Assembly: GCA_041658665.1 (NCBI GenBank)
Contig: JBAZZR010000004.1
Span: 1 to 60,923, forward strand
DNA length: 60,923 bases
Reading direction: 5' to 3'
DNA from: Patescibacteria group bacterium
Lineage (GTDB): Bacteria; Patescibacteriota; Patescibacteriia; Patescibacteriales; UBA12465
This document shows, piece by piece, positions 9,334-18,633 of the stretch. Below the pieces are notes generated by a model. That model did no database searches, was not told the DNA's origin, and saw only the letters and a program-made list of their open reading frames with translations. The stretch's first letter is position 1. Each line of letters starts with the position of its first letter. A program made the position numbers and the translations under genes.

Positions 9334-10356
9334 ATGAGTAAAAATCAAATCATACGCTCATTGGCATTAATTGGATTTGTTATCTTAGTCTGCCTCATTC
9401 GCAATGTATTACTACCGATTGTAATCGGAATATTACTATACTATGTTCTGCATCCTCTGGTGTGTAAACTGGCGGATAAACGTCCGAAAGGACTGGGAAT
9501 TAATCGCATTCTGGCCATTATTATTGCTTTCTTAGTTTCTATTGCTGTATTCTCAATCGCCATAATCTTTATTCTCCCCTCCTTTACGGCTGAATTTGCG
9601 CTGTTAATCAACAACACTCCGCACTACCTCAGCCAAATAAAAGGCCTATTTGATTCGGTCCAGAAATGGCATGCGGTAGCAAATCTACCCAATAGTATTG
9701 ATAACATCGCCCTTAATGTAATGCAAAATCTTTTAAATTTGGTTTCTCTCTTTTCGCAGCAAATTGTAAATATTTCCTTGGCCATACTATCACGTTTGAT
9801 TTATATAGTGATTATCCCTTTAATCACTTTTTTCATGCTAAAAGATGACGAGTATCTGTCAAAAGGATTGATTAATCTTGCCCCCAAAGAACAACAAGCT
9901 TTCTGCTCAATCGTTTTGGACAAGATTGATGCTATTTTAAAAAATTATGTAATTGGGCAAACAATTCTTTGTACCATCGTTGGGTTATTAACCAGCCTGG
10001 TTTTATATTTTCTGGGGATCAAATTTTACGTCATCTTAGGTTTAGTCGCCGCAGTCTCCCAATTAATCCCCAATATCGGCCCATTTATTGGAGCTGCCCC
10101 AACTTTGCTTATCTCCCTAATCATCTCCCCGCTCCTGGCGTTAAAGGTTTTACTTTTTTATCTTATCTTAAACGTTTTAATTGTGGCAGTCCTAGCCCCC
10201 AAAATATTAGGAGACAAACTAAATCTTCATCCATTAACCATTGTCATCTCGGTGTTAGTCTTAGGGGAAATTGCCGGATTATGGGGCCTCTTTTTTGCTC
10301 CACCGATTGTAGCCATTCTAAAAGTGCTGTATCTTGAATTGCAGAAAACTGACTAA
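9334..10356 (+). CDS. AI-2E family transporter
   Basis: Multi-TM protein with IPNIGPFIG, PKILGDKLNLHP and GLWGLFFAPP motifs. Confidence 0.9.
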   Translation: MSKNQIIRSLALIGFVILVCLIRNVLLPIVIGILLYYVLHPLVCKLADKRPKGLGINRILAIIIAFLVSIAVFSIAIIFILPSFTAEFALLINNTPHYLSQIKGLFDSVQKWHAVANLPNSIDNIALNVMQNLLNLVSLFSQQIVNISLAILSRLIYIVIIPLITFFMLKDDEYLSKGLINLAPKEQQAFCSIVLDKIDAILKNYVIGQTILCTIVGLLTSLVLYFLGIKFYVILGLVAAVSQLIPNIGPFIGAAPTLLISLIISPLLALKVLLFYLILNVLIVAVLAPKILGDKLNLHPLTIVISVLVLGEIAGLWGLFFAPPIVAILKVLYLELQKTD

Positions 10357-10382
10357 ATCTTTGGGGTAAAAGCAATAAAACA

Positions 10383-11444
10383 GTGATGTTTAAAAAAGTT
10401 CTATTGGTTACTTTGGGGGCTTGGGTTTTGGTCTGGGGGATTGTAGCTGGTTGCGGAGGTGGAACGCCAGTAAACACTACAACCACGGCAGCTCCAACAA
10501 TTACAATTACGACAACAACTTTTATAGCAACCACTACAACCACAATTACAACAACCAGCACCGTTGCAACAACAACTACTACTACGACAACGACAACTTC
10601 TAGTACTACCATAACAACCACCACTTCCTCAACCACCACCACCCTCGGCTGGATAGAGCAAGCCATCACATTTTCAGGAACGCCAGAACCAGTAACTTCG
10701 ACCTCAACCATTATTACCCCTGAGGGAACTTATCGGCAATATTTTACCGGTCCGGGTGGCATTTGGACTATGACTTCTCCCGATGGTCTTAACTGGTCGA
10801 TCCCTGTCATGACTGGAGTAAATGATCAACATTCTACCAACCCCGCAGTTATCGGTTTACATGATGGGACTTTTTTGATGATCTACGGGATCCAGACTAG
10901 TTCACCTCTGACCGAGCGGCTCTACCGGGCAATATCTAACAATGGTATCAACTTTATAAAACAACCCGCTGAAGCAGTCTTGACAGGAGAAGTGGATAAC
11001 TTTGTTTCGGTTCCGGATATTATCTATAGCAATAGCACAACTTTGCGCATGTATTTTGTTAACGGTAACACCAACAGCCGTATCCATACCGCTACCTCGA
11101 CGGATAACGGCCTGACCTGGATAAAGGAAGGACAGATAACACTAACCGGCACATACGGGGGACAGACAAATGACCCTGATGTTATTTTGCTTGCTGACAG
11201 CAGCTACCGGCTGTTTTTTGTTACTCCGCCGTCGGGGACTCCTCTCGACTCGTTGCGTCTTAGATCCGCAGCATCAACTGACGGCCGAAATTTTACGGTA
11301 GAATCAGGCGATATTATTGATCCATCTGGATCGGTTTCGTCAATTCTCGATCCGGACGCGGTTCCGGTTGCTGGAACTTCAAAATACCTTCTTTATTACG
11401 GTACCGAACCGGCCGGAAGTTTGCATGCAATATTGTCACCTTAG
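10383..11444 (+). CDS. Lipoprotein with poly-Thr linker and Asp-box beta-propeller (sialidase/GH-like)
   Basis: VAGC lipobox, long Thr stretch, Asp boxes SPDGLNW, SNNGINF, STDNGLTW, STDGRNF. Confidence 0.75.
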   Translation: MMFKKVLLVTLGAWVLVWGIVAGCGGGTPVNTTTTAAPTITITTTTFIATTTTTITTTSTVATTTTTTTTTTSSTTITTTTSSTTTTLGWIEQAITFSGTPEPVTSTSTIITPEGTYRQYFTGPGGIWTMTSPDGLNWSIPVMTGVNDQHSTNPAVIGLHDGTFLMIYGIQTSSPLTERLYRAISNNGINFIKQPAEAVLTGEVDNFVSVPDIIYSNSTTLRMYFVNGNTNSRIHTATSTDNGLTWIKEGQITLTGTYGGQTNDPDVILLADSSYRLFFVTPPSGTPLDSLRLRSAASTDGRNFTVESGDIIDPSGSVSSILDPDAVPVAGTSKYLLYYGTEPAGSLHAILSP

Positions 11445-11452
11445 TTACGTGA

Positions 11453-12079
11453 TCATAAATTTCCTTTTCTTGGCTCTTCATAAATGAATTGCTTCAGTTG
11501 CCGATAGTAAGGACTAGTTTTTAACCCACCAATCACTCCAGCATGAGACCCATTACTAATTACCGCCCGATAAGCTTCCGCTGATGTGTAACCTTTTACT
11601 TCTACTAAATAGCGGCCAATAATTGCCCCCGTACGATCCGCTCCCCATTTGCAATGGATATAAACTGGCTGTTCAAAAGCTGTCATTATTTGCTGCCATT
11701 CCGCTTTATTGGGAGTTTTAATATAGTGCATTGGGATATGAATTCGTTTAATCCCCTGTTTATCAAGAAGCAATTGATATCTTTTTTGAATACTACGCGT
11801 GTTTTCAAGATCAATAACCGTTTTCACATCTTTACTTATTAAATACTTTAATATTGATTCTGTTTGCTCATCAGTATTGCCAAAATTATTTGTTGGATTC
11901 ATTGGATGACCGCCCGCATGGATGTGGTTATCGATTATTCTATAATTATAAGGATATGGCCCTCGACCGCCAACTTCAGCAGCTGGGAATTTAATTACCA
12001 AAATAACATCTGCCCATAAAGAGATCGAGAAATAGCATAAAAACCCAAACAAAATTACAATTAGTTTTCTTACATTCAT
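11453..12079 (-). CDS. Exported dual-specificity/tyrosine phosphatase family protein
   Basis: CX5R motif HCKWGADRTG and a signal peptide. Confidence 0.85.
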   Translation of the reverse strand: MNVRKLIVILFGFLCYFSISLWADVILVIKFPAAEVGGRGPYPYNYRIIDNHIHAGGHPMNPTNNFGNTDEQTESILKYLISKDVKTVIDLENTRSIQKRYQLLLDKQGIKRIHIPMHYIKTPNKAEWQQIMTAFEQPVYIHCKWGADRTGAIIGRYLVEVKGYTSAEAYRAVISNGSHAGVIGGLKTSPYYRQLKQFIYEEPRKGNL

Positions 12080-12171
12080 TTGTCCAATTCTATATTATAA
12101 TTTACTAAATGCAAAACACTACTATTCCTGTTATAATCTAATCGATCCAGCAAAAACATGGAGAGTTATAC

Positions 12172-13881
12172 ATGAAAAACAAGTTAAACTTTGGGTTAAT
12201 TGGATTGCTACTCGCCCTTTTACCAATAGCATTGCTTGCCTGTAGCTCTTCGGGCGGTGGCACTCCCGCGACAACTACCACTGTTTCAACCAGTACAACT
12301 TCCACTTCCACGACAACAACATCCTCAACCACTACCACCCTTCATTCAGGCGTCACTATCCTTAGCCGGGATCCTGGAACCTTTGCCGAACGTATAATTT
12401 GCAGCACACCAATTACCGTCGTTTTTAGTGGGGATCTTGATTCATCAAGCGTGAACACCTCCACTTTTCTGCTAAACATTTCTGGCGGTTCAGCTGTTAC
12501 CGGCAGCGTAAGTTATGCCAATAGAGTAGCAACTTTTGAACCTACCTCCATCCTAACTTATAATGCAACTTATGAAATTTCCTTGCAAGGAATTAAAGAC
12601 GCGGAAGGAATAAGCCTCGAAAGCACTTCCTGGAACTTTACAACTGGAAGGGTTTTACGCTCTTTTTACAAGGGAGAAGGACATTACTATCACAACCCTC
12701 CCACTTTATACAACAATTATTTATATGTTGGAACTGATAATACCCTAGTTAATACCCATAATTGCTTTTTCTTTAAATTAGATACAAACCTAACCAAGAT
12801 CTGGGAATATTCTCTTGGCACTAATCCGGTAGCAGGGGCAGGCGTTGTGGATGTAAACAACAATGTTTATTTTATTTACAACAAAGCCAACGAATTTGGA
12901 GGATCCACCGCCTATCTGTGCACCCTCGACCAAAATGGGACATTCCGCTGGGAAAAAGAATTGGGAACCCCTACCGGCTTTGGAATGATGACTCCTGCTC
13001 TCTCCGCCGATAAATCTGTTATCTATGCCGGTGCCTGGGGCCGGGGAAATTACTTGTATGCTTTTTCTTGCGACAGCGCTGACGGAACCCCCCTCTGGAC
13101 ATATGCGCAGGGAGGCATGGTTCCAGTAATTGATAACAACGGAAGGATATATGTGACCGCTAAAAACGCCGATGATTATGAAGTGGTACATTGTGTCTCC
13201 TCTAGCGGATCATCAGAATGGATCTCGGATCAGCTTTCTTTTGAAGTAACCTATAGCGGACCTGAACTAGTAAATTCACCGGTCTTTAGTAAGGATTGGT
13301 TGCATCTATATGTGACTGACGGTCCGACTTTAAACTGTATTAATACAACGACAGGAACGCTTGAATGGTCATTTGCTATCGATCTGATAGCGGGAGATGA
13401 TATTAGGATTCGCTGTTCTCCTGCCGTTGACGAAGAAGGAAATATCTTTTTTGGCACAAAGAGTACCAGCAATACGACGGGAAGCATGTATGCTCTTAAT
13501 GCGGACGGAACACTAAAATGGCACAACACCACTAATACCCATGACCATTATTCTAGCCCAGCCATTGGCAATGATGGGGTACTTTATCAAGGAACCGAAG
13601 GCATGATTTTTGAAGCCATCCATAAAGATGATGGGACAAACCATTGGTCAACGTCCACTCCTTCCGGCATGGGAGGAGACATTACCTGGAGTTCACCGGC
13701 AATTGATTCAGATGGCATCGCTTATGTCGGTAATATCTGGGGGACCAATCCCAGCGGCGAAGCAGCCTATGGCGGCTATTTATTTGCCATTCAAACTGAT
13801 TGTACTGGCTTAAAAATCAATTGTGGTTCACCCAAATATCACGGGGGCAACGCAAATACCGGACGGCGTTATGACGAATGA
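12172..13881 (+). CDS. Lipoprotein with Thr linker, Big_5-like Ig domain and PQQ-type beta-propeller
   Basis: LLAC lipobox, TPITVVFSGDLD Ig motif, repeated SSPAI..DG..Y.G and G..W blades. Confidence 0.8.
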   Translation: MKNKLNFGLIGLLLALLPIALLACSSSGGGTPATTTTVSTSTTSTSTTTTSSTTTTLHSGVTILSRDPGTFAERIICSTPITVVFSGDLDSSSVNTSTFLLNISGGSAVTGSVSYANRVATFEPTSILTYNATYEISLQGIKDAEGISLESTSWNFTTGRVLRSFYKGEGHYYHNPPTLYNNYLYVGTDNTLVNTHNCFFFKLDTNLTKIWEYSLGTNPVAGAGVVDVNNNVYFIYNKANEFGGSTAYLCTLDQNGTFRWEKELGTPTGFGMMTPALSADKSVIYAGAWGRGNYLYAFSCDSADGTPLWTYAQGGMVPVIDNNGRIYVTAKNADDYEVVHCVSSSGSSEWISDQLSFEVTYSGPELVNSPVFSKDWLHLYVTDGPTLNCINTTTGTLEWSFAIDLIAGDDIRIRCSPAVDEEGNIFFGTKSTSNTTGSMYALNADGTLKWHNTTNTHDHYSSPAIGNDGVLYQGTEGMIFEAIHKDDGTNHWSTSTPSGMGGDITWSSPAIDSDGIAYVGNIWGTNPSGEAAYGGYLFAIQTDCTGLKINCGSPKYHGGNANTGRRYDE

Positions 13882-13956
13882 GATTAAACATTTAAGGAAC
13901 CATTTTTGCCCAGTAGTTGTCTAAGTCTATATTGAGATCTTTGCAAGGAGAACAGA

Positions 13957-15036
13957 ATGAAAAAATCATCTAGGCTCATCTGCTCAATTACTTTAGCGCT
14001 GGTAATTTTTGTTTCCATTTCGCAAGCTGAAACTACCATTATTACTACAACTGTAACCACCACCGCTGCAACTCTAGCAACCGAGCCGGCACTAGTTGTT
14101 TCAACTCCCAACCGTTCATTAGCCATGGTTGCCGGAATCGGAGGTGGACTATATTATTTATCCCCCAAAGACCCCCAAATTCAAGATTATTATAGTAATG
14201 CCTTGAATTGGCGGGGATTTTTAGAATTAAAAGCGGATAGTGGTTTGTCGGTTGGTGGCGATATCAGCATGTATAACGAAGCTAATCGTTCCTCAATCGC
14301 TCCCGCTGGAACTTCACTAACCATCATCCCCATTACCGCCTATATGTCCTACCACTTCTTCAAAGATAGTGCCATCTCACCCTACCTGGGTGGTGGAATT
14401 GGGATATATCACATCAATGAGAGTGATCCGGATTTTAATTATTTAAACACCAATGCATTTGGCAAACATATTTTTGTCGGAATCGATACATATATATTCC
14501 CTGACACTTTACTGCGGGCAGAATTAAGGCAGGCCTTTATTGACCCAGTCAATTCCTCTCTTTATTATCAAGCTAATTTTAGTGGGCTTACTGCAACTGT
14601 TGCCTTAGCCATTGAATGGCCACTGCGTGGCCCAGAAACCGACATGTCACCCGAAGAAAGAGCCCTTGCCCGCGAGCAAAGACTCTACGAAGAACAACTG
14701 CGAAATTATCAGCGGCATCTTAATGAGATGGAAACCTATTATCGTCAACCCCAGTGGGATCCTTCTGTTCATCGCCGCTGGAAAGACAAACAAGTATTGC
14801 AGCAAGAAATCATAAAAACACAGAGCCAAATGAACGATGAAAAAGCCAAAGCAGATCAGCTAAAAAGAGAGCAAGAAATCAAACGCCAACAATATTTGCA
14901 GCAAAAACAGCAGAAACGGGAAGAAAAAAAAGAAGAAATAATTCAGCAAAACCCAACAAATCCACCCAGCAATAATCCATATTTAGAACAAAAACAGCAA
15001 AAGATGGAAGAAAAGAAAGAGCTGGTTCAACCATAA
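13957..15036 (+). CDS. OmpW/OmpA-like 8-stranded beta-barrel with C-terminal Q/E/K coiled coil
   Basis: Signal peptide, Thr-rich start, ISPYLGGGIG strand, about 130 aa charged helical tail. Confidence 0.65.
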   Translation: MKKSSRLICSITLALVIFVSISQAETTIITTTVTTTAATLATEPALVVSTPNRSLAMVAGIGGGLYYLSPKDPQIQDYYSNALNWRGFLELKADSGLSVGGDISMYNEANRSSIAPAGTSLTIIPITAYMSYHFFKDSAISPYLGGGIGIYHINESDPDFNYLNTNAFGKHIFVGIDTYIFPDTLLRAELRQAFIDPVNSSLYYQANFSGLTATVALAIEWPLRGPETDMSPEERALAREQRLYEEQLRNYQRHLNEMETYYRQPQWDPSVHRRWKDKQVLQQEIIKTQSQMNDEKAKADQLKREQEIKRQQYLQQKQQKREEKKEEIIQQNPTNPPSNNPYLEQKQQKMEEKKELVQP

Positions 15037-15195
15037 AAGAGAAGTGGGGTGAATAGAATGCGATGTGGGGTAATTGGAAATGGGATGTAAGAAAAGAAGT
15101 GGGAAGTTGGAAGTTGGAAAGAAACGGCATCTCATTTCAAACATCTCACTTCATAACCCACTTCTCAAATCCAATTACCCCACTTCTCCCCTTTC
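15037..15195. repeat. Long imperfect inverted repeat built from heptamer-like units
   Basis: G-rich arm (AGAAGTGGGGT, GTGGGGTAATTGGA, GAAGTTGGAAGTTGG) mirrored by a C-rich arm (TCCAATTACCCCACTTCT, CCCACTTCT). Confidence 0.7.
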
Positions 15196-15273
15196 ATTTT
15201 ATACTCAAAGAAGTGCTATAATACAGCTATCTTAAATTAGCCAGTGTGCTATAGAAGGGAAATATAAAGTATT

Positions 15274-17100
15274 TTGCTAGGTTCAGCGTGTCCCTTACTG
15301 CTAGATCCGCTTTCACTCTTTTTTGGAATAACTATATTCACCCTCGCCATTCCGACATTTATCTACTCATTTGGCTACCTAAGAGGTCACTATTCTCTTA
15401 GTAAAATATGGATGGGACAAATTCTTTTTGTCATCTTTATACTATCGATGCTGGCAGTAGTTACAGTTGGCAATGCTTTTGCTTTCCTGATTGTATGGGA
15501 AATAATGTCACTGTCTTCCTATTTTCTGGTGGTCTTTGACAGTACCAACAAAAAATCAATTGAAGCCGGAACCATTTATCTCGTTATGACCCATATCGGG
15601 ACAGCCCTACTAACCATTGCTTTTCTATTAATGTACAAGCACTGCGGCTCATTTGATTTTAGTGTTCTGCATAATGCCTTAATTTCGCTACCCGAAAGGC
15701 AAAAAGATATTATCTTTCTATTATTATTGTTTGGCTTTGGAACCAAAGCTGGCATCGTTCCCCTGCATATCTGGCTACCATACGCCCATCCCCAAGCTCC
15801 CAGCCACATTTCAAGCCTTATGTCTGGCGTAATGATTAAAACCGCTCTGTACGGCATTATTCGTTTCATCATTTTGATTTTGGGAGTCAACTCACTCTGG
15901 TGGGGAGAATTGGTGATTGTTTTGGCTTGCATCTCATGTTTGGTAGGAGTAATTTACGCTTTGATGGAACAGGATATTAAAACTTTACTTGCCTATTCTA
16001 GTGTGGAAAATATCGGCATAATTTTATTGGGGATTGGAAGTTCTATGCTTTTTTTAAAGCTGGGCGCTTCCACCCTTGCCATTCTTGCCATGACTGCCGG
16101 CCTCTACCATTTGATTAATCATGCTGTTTTTAAAGGTTTACTTTTCCTTGGGGCAGGCAGCATTTACAATGCTACCGGAACACGCAACATTGAAAAACTG
16201 GGCGGTTTAATCAAAAGCATGCCTTGGACCGCCGCCTATTTTCTGATCGGCTCGATGGCCATTTCCGCGCTCCCCCCCATTAATGGATTCATTAGCGAAT
16301 GGCTAACCCTTATTATGCTTTTCCTGGGAGCACTAACTTATACCGGAGGAATGAAAATATTTTTATGTTTCACCGCAGCCATACTGGCCTTAACCGGCGG
16401 GCTGGCTGCCGCCTGTTTTACCAAAGCCTTTGGTATCACTTTTCTGGCGCAACCCAGAAGCGCTAGAGCCCAAGATGCGAAAGAAAGTTCTTTAAGTATG
16501 AATATCGGCATGGGAATTTTAGCCTTCTTTTGTATTGCTTTAGGCTTGGGCGCCGCCTACTTTATTGCGCTTATCAGTTCAGTAGCTAACTTTGCAACAG
16601 GTCTCAATATGGCAAAGATAAATTTTTCGCTCAACCCTTTTGTTGTTGCTCCCCACCCCCACATTTTTCTTTCCCCCCTCCTTCTTTCCGGCATTTTGAT
16701 TATCATTGCCGCCTTCTTTACTTTGGGCCTACGCCTCTTTTTTGGCAAAGCCAAAGTCACCATCGGGCCTACCTGGGACTGCGGTTATTACAAATTAACC
16801 CATCGAAACGAATATACCGCCACCGGCTTTTCTAAGCCTTTTCGCTTGGCTTTTAGTTTTTTCTTATTCCCTTTTCATAAAGTTCAAAAAATTAAAGAAT
16901 CACGCTATCACATAAAATCATTTGCTTATGAAACCCATACCACTAAGATATTTCTTGAATATTTTTATAAGAACTTTATTGCCGGAATATTTGGCACCGG
17001 CAAATACATGCGCAACATCCAGGCTGGCAGCATCCATATTTATCTGGGATATATCTGCCTGACCATATTACTGCTTTTAGTCTTTATAGGATGGTTTTAA
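15274..17100 (+). CDS. hyfB: Ehr/hydrogenase-4 antiporter-like membrane subunit B
   Basis: WEIMSLSSYFLV, GTKAGIVPLHIWLPYAHPQAPSHISSLMSGVMIK, TWDCGY. Start codon uncertain. Confidence 0.88.
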   Translation: MLGSACPLLLDPLSLFFGITIFTLAIPTFIYSFGYLRGHYSLSKIWMGQILFVIFILSMLAVVTVGNAFAFLIVWEIMSLSSYFLVVFDSTNKKSIEAGTIYLVMTHIGTALLTIAFLLMYKHCGSFDFSVLHNALISLPERQKDIIFLLLLFGFGTKAGIVPLHIWLPYAHPQAPSHISSLMSGVMIKTALYGIIRFIILILGVNSLWWGELVIVLACISCLVGVIYALMEQDIKTLLAYSSVENIGIILLGIGSSMLFLKLGASTLAILAMTAGLYHLINHAVFKGLLFLGAGSIYNATGTRNIEKLGGLIKSMPWTAAYFLIGSMAISALPPINGFISEWLTLIMLFLGALTYTGGMKIFLCFTAAILALTGGLAAACFTKAFGITFLAQPRSARAQDAKESSLSMNIGMGILAFFCIALGLGAAYFIALISSVANFATGLNMAKINFSLNPFVVAPHPHIFLSPLLLSGILIIIAAFFTLGLRLFFGKAKVTIGPTWDCGYYKLTHRNEYTATGFSKPFRLAFSFFLFPFHKVQKIKESRYHIKSFAYETHTTKIFLEYFYKNFIAGIFGTGKYMRNIQAGSIHIYLGYICLTILLLLVFIGWF

Positions 17101-17103
17101 CCG

Positions 17104-17994
17104 ATGCCAAATGCATTACACTTTTTCTTTCAGGTCTTAGTGTTATTTGTTTGTGCTCCGCTACTTTCTGGCATCATCACTAAAATAAAAAACAATTTGC
17201 GCTTTCGCCGCGGACCGTCAATCTTTCAACCCTATTTCAACCTGCTAAAATATTTTTCTAAAGACGAAGTTGTTTCCGTACATGCTTCATGGATCTTTAA
17301 AATTACTCCCTATATTGTTATTACTTCAACAACGACGGCCCTTCTTATGCTTCCGGTTCTTTTTTATGGCCGTCCCTTAATTTTTATGGGCGACTTTCTG
17401 GTTATCATCTTTTTACTTTCTCTCGGACGCTTTTTCCTGATATTAGCCGGACTTGATCCCGCCACCACTTTTGGCGGAATGGGATCCTCCAGAGAAATGT
17501 TTATTGCCAGCTTTGTCGAACCAGTTGCAATGCTTGCCATCTTTGCTATTGCTTTGGTAGCAGGATCGACCAACTTACAAACGATTGCGCAGACATCAAC
17601 CATAAACACCTCCACCATCATGGCCAGCGTAGCACTCTTTTTAGTCGCCTTAGCAGAAACCTCCCGCATCCCCGTCGACAACCAGGAAACTCATCTTGAA
17701 CTAACGATGATTCACGAAGCCATGCTACTCGAATATTCCGGAAGGTCATTGGGATTACTAGAACTGGCAGCTCACCTAAAGCAAATCCTGTTTTTGGGGA
17801 TTATTTCCTTAGTCGCTTTTCCAGCCTTTGTTGGAATTCAATTTTTTATCCTTAAAATTCTGTTGCTTTGTTTGATTATGGCGTTAACCGAATTATCGAT
17901 GGCTAAAATGCGCTTATTTAGGGCGGTTGATTTCATTGCATTTGCCGGTATATTATCAATTATGGCCATTATTGCATTGGCATTGGGAGTATAA
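17104..17994 (+). CDS. hyfC: NuoH-like membrane subunit
   Basis: RRGPSIFQPY, GGMGSSRE, ETSRIPVDNQETHLELTMIHEAMLLEYSG. Confidence 0.9.
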   Translation: MPNALHFFFQVLVLFVCAPLLSGIITKIKNNLRFRRGPSIFQPYFNLLKYFSKDEVVSVHASWIFKITPYIVITSTTTALLMLPVLFYGRPLIFMGDFLVIIFLLSLGRFFLILAGLDPATTFGGMGSSREMFIASFVEPVAMLAIFAIALVAGSTNLQTIAQTSTINTSTIMASVALFLVALAETSRIPVDNQETHLELTMIHEAMLLEYSGRSLGLLELAAHLKQILFLGIISLVAFPAFVGIQFFILKILLLCLIMALTELSMAKMRLFRAVDFIAFAGILSIMAIIALALGV

Positions 17995-18630
17995 ATGGAA
18001 ACATTTTTGGTTTTAGGTCTGCTAGGATCAACTTTCGCGATGGTTTTTTCAAAACGCATTAGTGCCCTGATCGGCAATTTTGCTTTGCAATCTTTTTTTC
18101 TTTGCCTCTTTTCTTTTATGGAAGCGCTTAAGGGGAACCACCTCGGCCTTTATCTTATATCGGGCTTGATCTTAGTGCTAAAAGTTATTCTTATCCCACA
18201 AATCATTCGTTATGTTGCCGTTAATATCAAGTCAGACGAGAATCTCGGCTTTTTCATTAGCCCGCAACTCTCTCTCGTCTGCGCTTTAGTTTTAACCTAT
18301 TTAGCGTGGCTCCTTGCCTCCACGGTTTTTATGGGGCAGCCAATCTTAATCAGGATATTTGGTGCCACAGCCTTTTCCATGGTCTCATTGGGGATATTTC
18401 TGATGATTTTTAGAATCATAGCTTTGGCACAAGTTATCGGACTATTGGCGATGGAAAATGGGATTTTTCTGCTTGCCTCCGCAGTATCCGGTGGAATGCC
18501 ATTTATAGTTGAAATGGCGATTTTCTTTGATATTTTTGTGGGCGTGGTCATCCTGGGAATTTTTATTTTTAGAATCAATAAACTTTTTGTGGGAATTGAC
18601 GTCAGCAAATTAAACAGTTTAAAAGGATAA
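17995..18630 (+). CDS. hyfE: Hydrogenase-4 membrane subunit E
   Basis: Hydrophobic protein with QVIGLLAMENGI motif, in the expected operon position. Confidence 0.85.
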   Translation: METFLVLGLLGSTFAMVFSKRISALIGNFALQSFFLCLFSFMEALKGNHLGLYLISGLILVLKVILIPQIIRYVAVNIKSDENLGFFISPQLSLVCALVLTYLAWLLASTVFMGQPILIRIFGATAFSMVSLGIFLMIFRIIALAQVIGLLAMENGIFLLASAVSGGMPFIVEMAIFFDIFVGVVILGIFIFRINKLFVGIDVSKLNSLKG

Positions 18631-18633
18631 TAA

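Noticed and set aside
7673..12338. Val-rich minus-strand ORFs (7673..7873, 10244..10711, 12138..12338)
   Set aside because: They are antisense shadows of poly-Thr codons in the real lipoprotein genes.
7720..15195. Possible CRISPR arrays in the repeat tracts
   Set aside because: No identical 23-47 bp repeats with unique spacers, and no cas genes in the window.
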